Shown: in pieces, positions 27,239-36,631 of the stretch
Layout: each line of letters begins with the position of its first letter
Position numbering within the stretch: the stretch's first letter is position 1
DNA from: Thermodesulfobacteriota bacterium
GTDB taxonomy: Bacteria; Desulfobacterota_D; UBA1144; Nemesobacterales; N074bin48
NCBI GenBank assembly: GCA_041572575.1
Contig: JBFFSH010000009.1
Location: 1-49,594, forward strand
Direction: 5' to 3'
Length of the DNA stretch: 49,594 nucleotides
The notes under the pieces: model-generated
Databases searched by the model: none
Seen by the model: the letters and a program-made list of their open reading frames with translations, nothing else
What the model was told of the DNA's origin: nothing
Position numbers and translations under genes: made by a program

Positions 27239-27517
27239 TTAACTTCTACTTAAAATTTCAATTAAATGAAAACCAAACTGGGTTTTTACTGGGCCGTGAA
27301 CTTGATTTAATGGTGCTGTAAATACGACCATATCAAATTCGGGTACCATCATTCCCTGATTAAATTCCCCGAGGTTCCCGCCCTCTTTTCCAGATGGACA
27401 TAACGAATGCTCTTTTGCTATATCTCCAAAATCCTCTCCACCTTCGATCTTGCCTTTTAATTCATTGCACTGTTCTTCACTATTAACCAATATGTGTCTT
27501 GCACTTGCACTTGCCAT
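27239..27517 (-). CDS. ppiC: Parvulin-type peptidyl-prolyl isomerase
   Basis: ASARHILV, AKEHSLCPSG..GG.LG.F..G.MVPEFD, GPVKTQFGFHLI; 92 aa from ATG 27517 with AGGAG RBS. Confidence 0.93.
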   Translation of the reverse strand: MASASARHILVNSEEQCNELKGKIEGGEDFGDIAKEHSLCPSGKEGGNLGEFNQGMMVPEFDMVVFTAPLNQVHGPVKTQFGFHLIEILSRS

Positions 27518-27585
27518 TAATTTCTCCTGTACATAAATATTTACTCTAAAATTTTTAACATTATATTTAAAGTTCTGCAATCTGT

Positions 27586-28860
27586 TCAATTATTCTGTGC
27601 CATTCTAATACCTTCTTTTTCATCCACTCTGCTCAACACTACTGCACCTATAATAAAAAACACTACAAGTGAAATAATGCTTAATCTGCTTGTGCCAGTA
27701 AGCTGGCCTACCATAGCAAAAATGAGAGGTCCGAATATGCCTGCAAATTTTGAGCTCATGCCGTAGAACCCAAAAAACTCCGCTGTTTTTGCCTTTGGGA
27801 GCATCGATGCAAAAAGTGATCTGCTTAGCGCCTGCGTTCCTCCCTGGACAAGTGCAACACAAAATGCCAGCATCCAAAAATGAATACCTTTTGTCATAAA
27901 GTAGGCACCTATACAAATTAAGGTATAAACAAACAGACCCAGATATATGCTTTTCTTTGCACCGATTCTACCTGCAAGCCTGCCAAACAATATGGCAAAA
28001 GGAATTCCAACAAACTGAGTCATTAGTAAGGCTCCAATAAGATCATTTGTACCTATACCAATCTCAGAACCATAGATCGTTGCCATCTTAATAATCGTTC
28101 CGATGCCGTCGTTATATATCCAAAACGCTGCAAGAAATATGAGAAGCTGTCTGTACCGTTTGAGCTCACCAAATGTTTTTCTAAGTCTTCTGAATCCTTG
28201 ATACAGCGGATTGAATTTGTTAGATGCCCTGTTCTTTCGGGGAGGTTCTTCTATGTTTTGTATTAAAGGAATTGTAAAAACAGCCCACCATATACCAACA
28301 GTCACAAAACATAACCTCGATGCAAACTCCTTATCATCGATGATATTTAACATCACTACGTTAATGGCAAGAAGTATCCCCCCGCCCAGGTAACCAAGTG
28401 CATATCCGCGGGTTGATACTCTGTCAATATCTTCTGATTTCGCAACTTCGGGTAAAAGCGAGTTGTAAAACACCTCAGAGGTTGCAAACCCTACATTGCC
28501 AAAAACAAAAAACAGAGATGCCATAAACCAGTCACCCGTTGTTATAAGGTATAGAAGTGTGGTAAAAAATATTCCAACCGATGCAAAGATCATCAGGAAT
28601 TTTTTTTTAGCCCCCGAAAAATCTGCTATTGCGCCCATTATAGGTGCTATGAATGCTGTAATAAGCAGTGCAATGGCAGTAGTATATCCCCAGTAAATTG
28701 TTGCTGTGTTTCCCTCTAGAGTAGACCCTGCAACCTTGCTATAATACACAGGCAATATTGCTGCCATAACCGTAGTAGAGAATGCAGAATTTGCCCAGTC
28801 ATACATACACCAGCTTATGATTTTTTTATTGTAAATATTTTTTTCAGATGTTTTATGCAT
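27586..28860 (-). CDS. MFS transporter, UMF1/ATG22-like
   Basis: W.MYDWANSAF, FYNSLLP, GYALGYLGG, YNDG..T, QGG.QALSRS, EFFGFY. Confidence 0.92.
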   Translation of the reverse strand: MHKTSEKNIYNKKIISWCMYDWANSAFSTTVMAAILPVYYSKVAGSTLEGNTATIYWGYTTAIALLITAFIAPIMGAIADFSGAKKKFLMIFASVGIFFTTLLYLITTGDWFMASLFFVFGNVGFATSEVFYNSLLPEVAKSEDIDRVSTRGYALGYLGGGILLAINVVMLNIIDDKEFASRLCFVTVGIWWAVFTIPLIQNIEEPPRKNRASNKFNPLYQGFRRLRKTFGELKRYRQLLIFLAAFWIYNDGIGTIIKMATIYGSEIGIGTNDLIGALLMTQFVGIPFAILFGRLAGRIGAKKSIYLGLFVYTLICIGAYFMTKGIHFWMLAFCVALVQGGTQALSRSLFASMLPKAKTAEFFGFYGMSSKFAGIFGPLIFAMVGQLTGTSRLSIISLVVFFIIGAVVLSRVDEKEGIRMAQNN

Positions 28861-28880
28861 TTTTAAATCAGAGATATTTA

Positions 28881-30758
28881 TTAGTTCTTCTCAGCAGGAT
28901 CTTCTGGTCTTTCCCACGAAAGGTCATCATCTGCTTGTTTTATATCCTTTTCATCTTCCATAAGAAGGTTTAATAAATCCTCAGTTCTGCGTTTTGAATG
29001 ATAAATGAAATTCTTCTCGTCTCCGAAATGTTCATAAAGGTCAATCAGTGTCTGTTTGTCATGGTGCTTAAAAGTAAGTGCTGCACGTCTGGCCTGATAT
29101 GCAGGAAAGCCAAGCTGCATTAAAGCGTCTATTCCAAGCTCAAGGGCTGAATAGAATGTCTCTCTCTTGATATAATCTACCTCTAACTTCATAAGATCAT
29201 ATGTGTGTCTTCTGTCAAAAGACCTAGCAAGGATCTTAAGATGCGGAAAATTGCTTTTAATCTCCCTTGCTATCTGTAGGGTCTTTTCCTTATCGTCTAC
29301 GGCTATAATAAATAGCTTTGCCTGCTCACATCCGGCAGATTTGAGTAAATCTACCCTTGAAGCATCTCCGTAAAACACCTTGTAGCCGAATTTTCTTACT
29401 AGCTCTATCTGGCTTGCATCATGGTCAAGCACGGTTGTGCTTATCTTATGACCATGAAGCAGCCTGCCTATTATCTGACCAAACCTTCCAAAACCTGCGA
29501 TTATTACCTGATTTTTCTCATCTATTTCATCTGGCTCTTTTTCTTCCGATAGCTGAAACCTTTTTTCTATGAACTTTTCATAAAATATAAAAAGCAGCGG
29601 TGTGAGCATCATCGTAATAGCTACTACTACTACAAGAAGGCTGGAAACCGTCTCAGGAAGCACGCTGTTCTGGGTTGCAAATGAAAACAGTACAAATGCA
29701 AATTCTCCACCCTGTGCAAGTGCAAAGGCAAAAAGGTAGTTTTCTGTCTTATTTATCTTAAATACTCTTCCAAGTATAAAAAGCACTACAAACTTAAGCG
29801 CCATAAGCAAAAAGACTATCCCCAAAATAATAGTAAAATTCCCAAACAACAGATTAAAATTGATGCTTGCTCCAACCGATATGAAAAAGAGCCCCAATAA
29901 GAGTCCTTTAAATGGTTCAATGTCAGACTCAAGCTCATGACGATACTCACTGTTTGCAAGCACTACACCAGCCACGAATGTTCCAAGCGCTGGTGAAAGA
30001 CCCACAAACTGCATTGCAAGTGCGGTTGCTATGATAAGCAGGAGTGAAAAAGCAGTGAATATTTCTCTAAGCCTTGTCTCTGCAATAAACCTAAACACTG
30101 GTCTGGATAAAAAACGGCCGCCTAATATTATTGAGCTTACTATAGCAATGATGAGTACACCTCTTTGCCAGGACTTTAGAGATTCTACAAAACTCTCACT
30201 CCCAGAATGTGGTAAAGACAACTCACCCGGGTCTACAGATAATGCAAGAAGTGGTAAGAAGGCAAGTATGGGTATAAGTGATATATCCTGAAACAGTAGA
30301 ACTGAAAAACTAAAGCGCCCACCCTGTGAATTTAACAGTCCTTTTTCATTTAATGTTTGCAGCACTATTGCTGTGGATGATAGTGAAAGTATAAGCCCGA
30401 TAGCAAGGGCTTCTTTCCAGCTATATCCTACTACAATAGTAATCAGGGATATTAATGCAGTGGTGATAAAAACTTGCAGAGACCCCAGACCCAGAATTGA
30501 ATTTTTTAGTCTCCATAACAATGAAGGTTCAAGCTCAAGACCTATCAGAAAAAGCATGAGCACTACACCAAGCTCTGCAAAATGCATTACTCCTTCACTT
30601 TCACTCCCTACAAATCCAAGTACAAACGGCCCTATGATTACCCCTGCTATCAAATACCCAAGGACAGACCCAAGCCCTAGTCTCTTTGCCAGGGGTACAG
30701 AAATTACGGCTGCAATAAGATATACAAATGTCTGAAATAAAAAGCTGTCTACATGCAT
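28881..30758 (-). CDS. KefB/KefC-type K+ efflux antiporter (CPA2 + TrkA-N)
   Basis: RLGLGSVLGYL.AG, YRHELESDIEPFKGLLLGLFF, QGGEFAFV, IAGFGRFGQ, YGDA. Confidence 0.93.
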   Translation of the reverse strand: MHVDSFLFQTFVYLIAAVISVPLAKRLGLGSVLGYLIAGVIIGPFVLGFVGSESEGVMHFAELGVVLMLFLIGLELEPSLLWRLKNSILGLGSLQVFITTALISLITIVVGYSWKEALAIGLILSLSSTAIVLQTLNEKGLLNSQGGRFSFSVLLFQDISLIPILAFLPLLALSVDPGELSLPHSGSESFVESLKSWQRGVLIIAIVSSIILGGRFLSRPVFRFIAETRLREIFTAFSLLLIIATALAMQFVGLSPALGTFVAGVVLANSEYRHELESDIEPFKGLLLGLFFISVGASINFNLLFGNFTIILGIVFLLMALKFVVLFILGRVFKINKTENYLFAFALAQGGEFAFVLFSFATQNSVLPETVSSLLVVVVAITMMLTPLLFIFYEKFIEKRFQLSEEKEPDEIDEKNQVIIAGFGRFGQIIGRLLHGHKISTTVLDHDASQIELVRKFGYKVFYGDASRVDLLKSAGCEQAKLFIIAVDDKEKTLQIAREIKSNFPHLKILARSFDRRHTYDLMKLEVDYIKRETFYSALELGIDALMQLGFPAYQARRAALTFKHHDKQTLIDLYEHFGDEKNFIYHSKRRTEDLLNLLMEDEKDIKQADDDLSWERPEDPAEKN

Positions 30759-30766
30759 AGTTTAAG

Positions 30767-31366
30767 TTAAATGTTTTTGTAGTAGTCGTTTATATATTCA
30801 AACTCAAGGGCCTTAGTATAATTTATTTTATCGTCTCTTAGCATTATCAATATATTTTTGTAGAGCTCTGCATACTGATGGAGCTGCATATTTAAATTCA
30901 TACTAATAGAATCATGAATAACAAGCGGAGGCAGGTACTGCATACGGCAAAGACTTGCAGTCTGCTCAAACGGCAGCAGGAACTGCCGAATTGTATACTT
31001 ATTGTGCCCATCTGGTTTATAGGCATCCTTGCTACCACCTGTTGTAATTACACTAATTATTTTTTTGCCTTCCAGTTTGTTTCCTTCCGGCCCGTAAGCA
31101 AAACCGTATTCAAGCACAAGATCCATCCACTCCTTTAATATCGCGGGGCATCCGTACCAGTAAAACGGATGATGAAAAACAATAATATCGTGCTCCTTTA
31201 GGAGGTTTTGTTCTACTGTAACATTAATAAGAAAATCAGGATACTTCTCATACAGGTCGTGGAATGTAATACCATCTAAGTTCTTAACAGACTCGATAAG
31301 CCCTTTATTAACTCTGGACTTCTGTATAGCCGGATGGGAAAAGAGGATTAATATTTTGTTATTCAT
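30767..31366 (-). CDS. KefF/KefG-type NAD(P)H oxidoreductase (flavodoxin-2 fold)
   Basis: HP...SRVN, HDLYE.YPDF, HPFYWY..PA.LKEW.D.VL..GFAYG; directly upstream of the Kef channel. Confidence 0.92.
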   Translation of the reverse strand: MNNKILILFSHPAIQKSRVNKGLIESVKNLDGITFHDLYEKYPDFLINVTVEQNLLKEHDIIVFHHPFYWYGCPAILKEWMDLVLEYGFAYGPEGNKLEGKKIISVITTGGSKDAYKPDGHNKYTIRQFLLPFEQTASLCRMQYLPPLVIHDSISMNLNMQLHQYAELYKNILIMLRDDKINYTKALEFEYINDYYKNI

Positions 31367-31454
31367 TTATTATTACAATTATATCTCAACCGAGTATATA
31401 TGGTGATTTATCCATACTCTAAATCAGATTTACGCCATTTAATATGATTATTAA

Positions 31455-32069
31455 CTATAACCTCTCCCACACAATACACTGATTATTCGCAGGCATCTTA
31501 TGGTCTTCAAGAAGTCTTAGCTCCTGCTCAATTGCTAGTTTATTTACTTGTTCAAAATCTCTAATTCCGCTTAGTGGATCTCTTTTTTTAAGATACCCGT
31601 CAAATTTTTCATTACTCTCACTGGTGTATTTTCCTTCATACTTAAAAGGCCCATAAACACAGAGTACTCCACCGCCTTTTAGAATCTCACCCAGACCAGA
31701 GAAAAAATTCTCTACCATATCCCATGACATAATATGAAAAGTGTTTGCCGCGAAAACTCCGTCAATATCTGAAACCTTCCAGGGTATTTTACAAACATCC
31801 AATTCAACAGGCGGCTTCAGATTATTAGTGCATTCTAATTCTACTCGCTCTTTTATAGAAGCCAGATTTTCAACAAGATCACTAGGCTGCCAAATAAGGT
31901 GAGGTAGATTCTTTGCAAAATGTACAGCGTGCTGTCCTGTGCCGCTTCCGATCTCGAGCACACTATGACTATTGGATAAAGCATGCTGTAAAATTTTTAA
32001 TATAGGGTCTTTATTTCTCTCACAGGCTTCTGAATGTTTCAACATTGTCATTTTTTTACTTACAATCAT
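31455..32069 (-). CDS. DUF938 family SAM-dependent methyltransferase
   Basis: ACERNKDPIL, LEIGSGTGQH, WQPSD, HIMSW, YGPF, SN..FD, GIRD, MPANN. Confidence 0.92.
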   Translation of the reverse strand: MIVSKKMTMLKHSEACERNKDPILKILQHALSNSHSVLEIGSGTGQHAVHFAKNLPHLIWQPSDLVENLASIKERVELECTNNLKPPVELDVCKIPWKVSDIDGVFAANTFHIMSWDMVENFFSGLGEILKGGGVLCVYGPFKYEGKYTSESNEKFDGYLKKRDPLSGIRDFEQVNKLAIEQELRLLEDHKMPANNQCIVWERL

Positions 32070-32130
32070 GAATCCATAATCGCTGCAATATAATCTATAT
32101 TATAGAGAATATTACAAGGAGCAGTAAGTT

Positions 32131-32307
32131 ATGAAAGCCTGTTCACTATGTGATGAACAAACAGAAAATATAATTGATATAGCAGAAGACTGGTTAATTG
32201 ACGCTATAAAGAAAGCCCATCCCGAATGGGTGCAGAGCAGCGGCTGCTGCCCTAAATGTATAGATTATTACTCAAGTCTGGATGAAGATTTATCTGTACA
32301 GGACTGA
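32131..32307 (+). CDS. Small putative zinc-binding protein, 58 aa (below the ORF-track cutoff)
   Basis: MKACSLCDEQTENIIDIAEDWLIDAIKKAHPEWVQSSGCCPKCIDYYSSLDEDLSVQD; AAGGAG RBS; fills an otherwise empty gap. Confidence 0.8.
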   Translation: MKACSLCDEQTENIIDIAEDWLIDAIKKAHPEWVQSSGCCPKCIDYYSSLDEDLSVQD

Positions 32308-32312
32308 ATATA

Positions 32313-32660
32313 TCATTCTTCTCTTTTTTCCTGTAGTGGAAGACCAAGCTCAGTTGCTAGTGCATTATATAGGTTAGTCGTAAATTCTTCCCACTTGTCC
32401 CAGTCAGTATTATTTTCTATCTTTTTCTTGATTTTAAATCCGCTGTCTGTTTTTTCATACAGGTATTCTATACCGTCTGAGAATTGTTCCTTAATTACTG
32501 GCAGAAGCTTATTCATTTTCTTTAATAGCTTCTTGTCAGTTTCTCTAATTTCAACAACATAATATGGATTAGTAGAGGCTTTAGGCATATAGGGATTATC
32601 GTAAGCGTGTGACCTTCTGCCGACATCGGGTTCGTTGTTTATTGAAACGAGCATATCCAT
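32313..32660 (-). CDS. Hypothetical protein
   Basis: 115-aa ORF convergent with the small Zn protein; no family recognised. Confidence 0.65.
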   Translation of the reverse strand: MDMLVSINNEPDVGRRSHAYDNPYMPKASTNPYYVVEIRETDKKLLKKMNKLLPVIKEQFSDGIEYLYEKTDSGFKIKKKIENNTDWDKWEEFTTNLYNALATELGLPLQEKREE

Positions 32661-32759
32661 AATAATAGATTACCTAAATTTCATCCAATCTCATAAACAT
32701 GGGCGGATTTTATTTGACTGCCAAAATTGAACAACAACCATACAATTCTAAAAAAATGC

Positions 32760-32787
32760 TTGAATAATAAACAGTACATTCTATAAT
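32760..32787 (+). promoter_or_regulatory. Sigma70-type promoter
   Basis: TTGAAT-16 nt-TATAAT, 28 nt upstream of ATG 32816. Confidence 0.5.
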
Positions 32788-32815
32788 CTTTTGAAAAAGA
32801 GTCATAGGTAATACA

Positions 32816-33223
32816 ATGACAGACGAAAATAAAAGAAGTTTAGTTCAAGTAAACAAATTCCAAAAACTTATCATAGTTCCTATAATAATATTCTGTGCTA
32901 TTGCAGGAATCATGGTCTACCTTACTCTGGAATACAACATACGAATCAGTATTAACCCAAAAGAAGCAACTATCCTCAGCATTGATGCTTTACAGTTTAA
33001 AGAGGCCGTTCCATATATGATAATTTCTATTGCAGCTATGCTTATATGCATCGTTGGCTGGACTTATTATATTACTAATAGAATTGTAGGCCCCCATAAC
33101 AGAATCATAAAGGAGCTTGATGATCTGATAGATGGCAGCAAAGAAGGTCCTATCACTGTAAGAAAGGATGATAAAATGTTTTCTGAGCTTGTTAGCAGAA
33201 TCAACAAACTTGCAGGCCTGTAA
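32816..33223 (+). CDS. Two-TM membrane protein with HAMP-like C-terminus
   Basis: Two TM helices, then TNRIVGP..RI..ELD...G.....I.VRKDD...EL...IN. Confidence 0.7.
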   Translation: MTDENKRSLVQVNKFQKLIIVPIIIFCAIAGIMVYLTLEYNIRISINPKEATILSIDALQFKEAVPYMIISIAAMLICIVGWTYYITNRIVGPHNRIIKELDDLIDGSKEGPITVRKDDKMFSELVSRINKLAGL

Positions 33224-33376
33224 ACAAGATTCTGTGAAATTTCATCTATTGATATTAATAGTGAATTTTTTAAGCTTATACAACAAGTTAATATTGTCTT
33301 AGTTTTTTGACTTTTCTTTTAAAAATTTAAATTATTTAGAACTTCATATCCCATATTTTTTCTAAAATCAATTTAA

Positions 33377-34270
33377 ATGAAATTTGCATCAATTGATATT
33401 GGCTCCAACGCCATAAGACTCCTATTAACAAAAGTTTTTGAAAATGGCAGTGGCCCGGTCTTTAAAAAAGACTCGCTTGTCCGCATGCCTATTCGTCTCG
33501 GAAAAGATGTGTTTACAACAAAAAAGGTTTCAAAAGAAAAAATAGATAATCTGGTAAACACTATGATTGCATTTAAGTATCTCATTGATGCATACAAACC
33601 AATTGATTATATGGCCTGTGCTACTTCTGCAATGAGAGAAGCTGAAAATGGGTCAGAAATAGTAAAGTTAATAAAGAAAAAATCGGGAATTGAAGTTGAA
33701 ATTATTGATGGTAAAAGAGAAGCTGAAATAATTTATGAAAATCATATCGCAGAACGATTAAATCCAAAAGAGAATTACTTGTATATTGATGTAGGTGGTG
33801 GAAGTACAGAGCTTACTTTAATATCTAATACAGAAATAATAAATTCTCAGTCGTTCGATATCGGTACTGTTCGTATCTTAGAAGATAAAGTCACAAAAAA
33901 ACACTGGCAGGAAATGCAGCGGTGGCTCGAGCAAAATACTTCTTCATACAAATCAATTTCAGGCATAGGCTCCGGTGGAAATATTAATAAAATGTTCAAG
34001 ATGGCTCTAAAAGGAGGAGATGATCCCCTCACATATAAAAACATTAAAAATATCTGCAAAGAACTAAAAACATATACATATGAACAAAGAATCACCAAGC
34101 TTGGGCTAAGACCCGACCGTGCAGATGTGATAATTCCGGCAGCTAAAATTTATATCTCTGTAATGAAGTGGGCTGGCATAAAAAAACTTTATGTTCCTCA
34201 GATAGGATTATCTGATGGTATCATACATGTGTTATATGAGGAACAGAAAAGAAAAAAACTTATTATTTGA
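33377..34270 (+). CDS. ppx: Ppx/GppA family exopolyphosphatase (short form)
   Basis: IDIGSNAIRL, RLG.D, ATSAMREA.N, I.G..EA, DVGGGSTE, GTVR, DRADVI. Confidence 0.92.
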   Translation: MKFASIDIGSNAIRLLLTKVFENGSGPVFKKDSLVRMPIRLGKDVFTTKKVSKEKIDNLVNTMIAFKYLIDAYKPIDYMACATSAMREAENGSEIVKLIKKKSGIEVEIIDGKREAEIIYENHIAERLNPKENYLYIDVGGGSTELTLISNTEIINSQSFDIGTVRILEDKVTKKHWQEMQRWLEQNTSSYKSISGIGSGGNINKMFKMALKGGDDPLTYKNIKNICKELKTYTYEQRITKLGLRPDRADVIIPAAKIYISVMKWAGIKKLYVPQIGLSDGIIHVLYEEQKRKKLII

Positions 34271-35789
34271 AATCCCGGAAGACATAGATGAAAAATCTAT
34301 TATTGCTGAGTTATCAAATATATACCAGGTTGTTAAAGACTCATACAAAACGAATAGGCAAATCTATCTGGATACATTCGACTGGCGGCTTTACAATCAA
34401 AACCTAATACTCATAAAAGAATCCAGCAACTACTTACTAAAAAATAAAAACACATTAAATGATGTTTACTCTCATGAAACAGATTCCGCTCACAACCCCA
34501 AATTCTGGTGGGATTTTAATGATTCACTACTTAAAGAAGAGCTTAAGAAGATTATAGATTTAAGGGCACTCGTACAAATAATATCAATACGTAAAACCAT
34601 ACAATCATATAAGTTACTTAATAAAGATGATAAGACAGTAGTAATTCTTTACTTTGAAACAATAAAACCAGTCGGAAGAAATGGCGCTTTACAAACGACA
34701 AACCTTTTAATTTGCAAACCACTTAGAGGGTATGAAAAAGACCTTAAACAGATAAAGCAACCAATTGTTAATCTTGGATTAACACTTTCTAAAACTTCTT
34801 ATTATGAGTTACTTTTGAGCAAGTCAGCGATTGTACCTGCTGATTACTCATCTAAACTGAATATCTGTTTAACCCCTGATATGAGCTGTAGGGACGCACT
34901 ATTAACAATTCTTACCGATCTACTAGGCACGATTAAGAAAAATGAAGAAGGTATTAAAATGGATATAGATACAGAGTTCCTGCATGATTTTAGAGTAGCC
35001 GTAAGAAGAACCAGATCTGCTCTCTCGCTCATAAAAGGGGTTTTTGATAAAGAGCAACTTAGAATCCATAGAACAAACATTACTAAACTTGGAACAGCTA
35101 CAAATGCTCTAAGAGACCTGGATGTTTACCTTTTAAAAGAAAATCAATATAAAAAATTGATACCCAGGGCACAGCATAAAGGCCTTGAATTAATTTTTGA
35201 TAAGTTAAAAGAACAGAGAAAATCAGAGCTTGTAAAATTAAAAAGATTTTTAAACTCAAAACACTATAAAAAGATAATTTCTGATTGGGAGAATTTTTTA
35301 AACACCGGCGGTCAAATTAATGATGAAACAGAAAACGCAGGCACAAATGTATTGTCCACAGCAAAGAGAATAATTAATAAGAAACACAAAGAAATACTGA
35401 AGGCAGGAATAATAATTAATGACACGTCACCTGATGAGCAGCTTCACAGCCTTAGAATTGAATGTAAGAAACTGCGCTACATGATAGAGTTCTTCTCTTC
35501 ATTATTTCCAAAAAATGAAATAAACCAGTTTATAAAACAGCTCAAAAAACTTCAGGATAATCTTGGTGATTTCAACGACCTGTATGTGCAGCAGCAAAGC
35601 CTTAAGGAGTATTCAGAGAAATTTGATTCGCATAACAAAGATATTACAATTTCCATTGGTGGTTTGATCGCTGTATTATATCGAAATCAAAATGAGACCA
35701 GAAAGCAGTTCAATAGTTCGTTTGAACAGTTTGCATCAAAAGAAAACACGAGTTTGTTCAATAAAATGTTTAGAGACAAAAAGAGCTGA
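34236..35789 (+). CDS. CHAD domain protein with degenerate CYTH-like N-terminus (polyphosphate-binding)
   Basis: YLDTFDWRL; D.EFLHDFRVAVRR.RS, RDLDV, LH.LRI.CKKLRY..EFF, LQD.LG.FND..VQ; start uncertain (34215 or 34236). Confidence 0.9.
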   Translation: MRNRKEKNLLFEIPEDIDEKSIIAELSNIYQVVKDSYKTNRQIYLDTFDWRLYNQNLILIKESSNYLLKNKNTLNDVYSHETDSAHNPKFWWDFNDSLLKEELKKIIDLRALVQIISIRKTIQSYKLLNKDDKTVVILYFETIKPVGRNGALQTTNLLICKPLRGYEKDLKQIKQPIVNLGLTLSKTSYYELLLSKSAIVPADYSSKLNICLTPDMSCRDALLTILTDLLGTIKKNEEGIKMDIDTEFLHDFRVAVRRTRSALSLIKGVFDKEQLRIHRTNITKLGTATNALRDLDVYLLKENQYKKLIPRAQHKGLELIFDKLKEQRKSELVKLKRFLNSKHYKKIISDWENFLNTGGQINDETENAGTNVLSTAKRIINKKHKEILKAGIIINDTSPDEQLHSLRIECKKLRYMIEFFSSLFPKNEINQFIKQLKKLQDNLGDFNDLYVQQQSLKEYSEKFDSHNKDITISIGGLIAVLYRNQNETRKQFNSSFEQFASKENTSLFNKMFRDKKS

Positions 35790-35792
35790 CAA

Positions 35793-36530
35793 ATGATTAT
35801 TTCACTTTATAGCATGAAAGGTGGAGTCGGCAAAACATCTGCTGCTGTAAATCTTGCATATTTATCAGCAAAAGAAGGTTTCAATACACTTTTATGTGAT
35901 CTGGACCCTCAGGGCGCATCCACCTATTACTTCAGAATAAAAGCATCCAAAGACTTTAATACAAAAAAATTATTAAAGGGCGGCAAAAATCTGGATGGAA
36001 ACATCAAGGCAACAGATTATGAAAATCTCGATCTGCTTCCATCTAAACTCTCCCTTAGAAATATGGATTTAGAGCTTGATAGCCACAAAAATTCCAAGAC
36101 AAGATTTAACAGTATAGTAAAAGAGCTTAGTAAAGAATATGAGATTATATTTATGGACTGTCCACCGGGTATTACACTTCTTTCCGAAAACATATTCAAT
36201 TCATCAGATATGATATTAGTGCCGCTTATCCCCACTACCCTGTCTATTCGGACTTATGAAAAGCTGATTAAATTTTTCAAAAAAGAAAAACTGGACAGAT
36301 CGAAAATCTACGCTTTTTTCTCCATGGTAGAGATAAGAAAATCTATGCACAGAGATACAATAACCAAAATGTCTCAGGAGATAAAAAACTTACTGTACAG
36401 CCAAATTCCATACAGGTCTAATGTAGAGAAAATGGGAATTTACAGAAAACCCGTAAACGATTTTGAACCATTTTCTCCGGCAGCGTTTGCCTACTCCACT
36501 CTTTGGAATGAAATCAAAGAGGTCGAATAG
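35793..36530 (+). CDS. Orphan ParA/MinD-family ATPase
   Basis: Deviant Walker A KGGVGKT, DLDPQG, DCPP; no parB in the window. Confidence 0.92.
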   Translation: MIISLYSMKGGVGKTSAAVNLAYLSAKEGFNTLLCDLDPQGASTYYFRIKASKDFNTKKLLKGGKNLDGNIKATDYENLDLLPSKLSLRNMDLELDSHKNSKTRFNSIVKELSKEYEIIFMDCPPGITLLSENIFNSSDMILVPLIPTTLSIRTYEKLIKFFKKEKLDRSKIYAFFSMVEIRKSMHRDTITKMSQEIKNLLYSQIPYRSNVEKMGIYRKPVNDFEPFSPAAFAYSTLWNEIKEVE

Positions 36531-36631
36531 TTTTTCTTTATATCCGGCATTCCAGAACCCAAACCTTCTAAACACTTTTTATTTCCCAAATAATAATTGA
36601 ATTTTCCCAATACTAATTAATATTTAGAAAT

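Noticed and set aside
35793..36530. Chromosome or plasmid partition locus
   Set aside because: No parB, no parS palindrome noticed and no replication genes; the gene is coupled to CHAD instead
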